The position numbers and the translations under genes were made by a program. From Azolla caroliniana (taxonomy: Eukaryota; Plantae; Polypodiophyta): a DNA stretch of 8,901 bases. The notes below the pieces were generated by a model that was not told where the DNA came from, searched no databases, and saw nothing but the letters and a program-made list of their open reading frames with translations. The DNA lies in assembly GCA_043228905.1 (NCBI GenBank), contig JBHGNT010001405.1, forward strand, positions 1-8,901, given 5' to 3'. Of this stretch, positions 6,436 to 8,901 are shown piece by piece. How positions within the stretch are numbered: position 1 is the first letter of the stretch; every line of letters starts with the position of its first letter.

Positions 6436-8901
6436 GTCTCGGCTGCCGAAATCGAGTCCTCCAAAATTGTGGAATTTACTCTATCCCTCGATGGACCAGC
6501 TGCTCGATGGTATTCCCGCTTCGACGTGGGGGAGGTCACAACGTTCCAGGACGTCCAAACAAAGTTTCTAGAATTATTTCACCGCGAAGTTCCGAAGCGC
6601 GAACTACTCCGACAGTTCTTTTCCATGAGCCAAGAACCTGACGAGACGGTCGCCCAGTTAACAATCCGGTTTCAGGATCTCTACCGACAACTGGCCGATG
6701 ATGTCTCCACCCATCACATTCCGGATACCTTCCTTTCCAGCCTACGGGAGCCTCTGCGGACAACTCTCGCACTTACCAATTTCTCGAACCAGACAATCGA
6801 GCAAGTCATCGAACGCGTCCTTGCCATCGATCGGACACAGTATACCACAACTTTCACCATGGGCTCTTTGTAAAGCACTCTTCCTCAGGAGGACAACTGG
6901 TTCCGACAAGCCCTCCAATCCACAGCCTGTTCGGGCTCAGGCCATCTGGCTCTCGAGTGCCCTCACCGGCCACATTGTCCAATCTGTCAGTCTCGATCCC
7001 ACACGGTTGAACAATGCGAATACAACATGCTCAACCGCACAACGACGGCTCCAGTTCGCCAGATCGAGCCTCGAAATACTTACTCACGGCAAGATGAACG
7101 TCAGTCATACCGACATCGGGAGAACAAGCAACCACGATCCCCAGATCGTCGGCGCTGCGACGACGACCGCTACCGCCACGACAACCGTAGGAGATCGGAC
7201 GACCACCGTGACCAAGACTGCGATGACCAATATAGAGCAAATGATGAGTATGATCGGTACGACGACGACCGAGATGACCGGTACGATCAGCGGTATTCAC
7301 GAAATGATAGAAGAAACTCTTACAGAGGTTCGCGGAACAATCAACGACAGAACGACAATCGTTGTCGGGACCCCCCTCCAAACGTCCCGCACAATGCGCC
7401 ACGGGCCAACACGCATACACAAGCGATCGGGAACCACTCACAACCTTTCCCACACACTGAACATGGTGACACCAGCAACTCGGCATCCGTTACCTACTTT
7501 AAGTGTAACCAACCCAGCCACTACGCTACCCAATGCCCAACCACGAATCGCGGCAAGGCCTTGTCCGTGAATACTATTATGGCCGACGTTCAACATGTCA
7601 CTACACGTAGCAAGACCCAAGCCAGCTAATGGCAAGAACAAGATGACATCCGACAAGCAGCCAAGGAATGGATTGAGACCGCCAATAAAAGCAACGTGGA
7701 ACGGATGCACACAGAGATGCAGGACGTGACCATCGGCGCACCACCACTTGCAAGGCCATCCACCGCGGCAGAAGATGACCATCTATGGGAAGCCCTTACC
7801 AGTTCTAGGATCTCGCTGCCATTGCATAAGCTTTTACCGCTCATGCCACGCTTTCGGGATACCTTGGCTACGCTCACGACTAACGACAAATCGGTCGCAC
7901 CCCCTGTTAACCTAACAAAGCCAGAGACGGGCCCACCCATCATGGATTCCCAGAATCCAGCTATGAAAATCATGATTAAAGGACGCGACCTTCATGGATG
8001 CATAATCAACGGTGGCTCCGGCGTGAATGTCATCAGCGAGGCCACATGTCACACACTCGACCTGAACCAATGGGAACCTTGCCCCTTTTGGCTTCGGATG
8101 GCCGATACGCGATCAGTTCGCCCCATCGGGTTAATCCGCCACCTTGATTTCCCATTAGGCGACCACATGTTCACTATCTCGGCAGTCGTGTTACGCCTCG
8201 AAGCTTCGGGCGCTTACCCAATGTTGCTTGGCCGACCCTGGCTACGCACAACAAATATTAAACAACATTGGCAGCGAAATATGATCTCTTTCCGTCGGGG
8301 GAAGAGCAAGGTACGGGTAATAACAGAAGAACGCCTAACCATGCCCCACAACACCACACCCTTATACGCAGAAGGGGTACACATGCTCGACGGCTTAGCC
8401 GATGAGGAGGTGGATGACTTCCTGGAAGATCATCCCACTATCATACCCCTCTTCGAAATAAACGCCAGCTCGGGTTTCGGCACACCACCAAACGAGGATG
8501 TCACGGCAGATTCACTTCCCTAGGACGAGGGCGATTCCACAACTATCGCGGAATTACAACAAGCTCGAGACGCGTTTGAATGAGAACTCACCATCTCCCA
8601 GCGAGTCAAAGCATCAACGCTCGAGTCACTGAACCTCAGCTCCGATGAGAACCTGCGTACACTACAAATCGCTAATAACTTAGCAGCCGACGAACGGTCA
8701 GCCCTGATATGCCTGCTCACAGAGTATCAGGATGTATTCGCATGGACTTACACTGATAGGAAGGGATGGATCCCCAATTTTACCAACACCAAGTACACCT
8801 CCTACCAGACACTCGGCCGATCCAACAACGATGGTACCGTATGAACCCCAACTACGTGGCTAAGGTCAAAGAGGAATTCGACAAACTCCTTCGAGTAGGC
8901 T
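6436..8901 (+). pseudogene. gag-pol: Disrupted gag-pol of element 2 (Gag, three zinc knuckles, aspartic protease, RT N-terminus)
   Basis: ORFs 6469, 7027 and 7696 share one frame, broken by stops at 6871-6873, 7627-7629, 8521-8523 and 8581-8583. The Gag core reads LSLDGPAARWY...SQEPDETVAQLTIRF. The protease (~7960-8300) has its catalytic Asp replaced by Asn (AAC, 8008-8010). RT starts at ~8722 (EYQDVFAW), with a 1-nt frameshift at ~8765. Confidence 0.93.

Larger units (their letters stand above)
6120..8901 (+). mobile_element. Ty3/gypsy non-chromovirus (Phygy-like) LTR retrotransposon (element 2), runs off the window
   Basis: An LTR-like segment is followed by single-frame gag-PR-RT. The motifs IxGGSGVNVI, LRMAD, LLGRPWL, DVFAW and YRMNPNY..KVKEE.DKLL are typical of moss/fern non-chromovirus gypsy elements. 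The clade label is an inference. Confidence 0.9.

Noticed and set aside
5608-6960. Identical HLALEC peptide in the knuckles of elements 1 and 2
   Set aside because: Five of the six codons differ and the flanks are unrelated, so this is motif constraint or coincidence rather than recombination.
7150-7300. GACGACCG-like repeats as a CRISPR or other regular array
   Set aside because: They are irregular in-frame coding repeats with no constant repeat-spacer period, in a eukaryotic TE context.
6698-7570. 290-aa alternative-frame ORF and antisense ORF 7031-7486
   Set aside because: These are shadow frames of GC-rich repetitive gag. The Thr runs come from GAC repeats read in another frame, and no domain is recognisable.
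7620-7640. Stop at 7627-7629 as a programmed gag/pol readthrough site
   Set aside because: It is one of four in-frame stops in a dead copy and can be explained by a single substitution.

Overview
This is eukaryotic DNA, most likely from a non-seed plant (moss-like; inferred from the TE protein styles). I found no intact protein-coding gene and no RNA gene. The AT-rich left half (1-4246) holds two diverged, collinear copies of a decayed gene resembling a thaumatin-like/PR-5 protein (~280-910 and ~3340-4246). It also holds three TSD-flanked insertions of one poly(A)-type retroposon 3' end (138, 294 and only 13 nt), a 235-bp hAT-like MITE and a (GT)13(GA)13 microsatellite. The right half is a stack of dead Ty3/gypsy elements. 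First comes a chromovirus-like element with 5' LTR, tRNA-iMet PBS and disrupted gag (4247-~5837). It is followed by an antisense gag-like fragment (~5838-6119) and then a Phygy-like non-chromovirus with LTR, gag, protease and the start of RT (6120-8901, running off the window). I see no convincing new multi-gene system. The best leads are the shared retroposon 3' module, the paralogous empty sites that confirm two insertion boundaries, and the three-knuckle Gag. All alignments and translations were done by eye.
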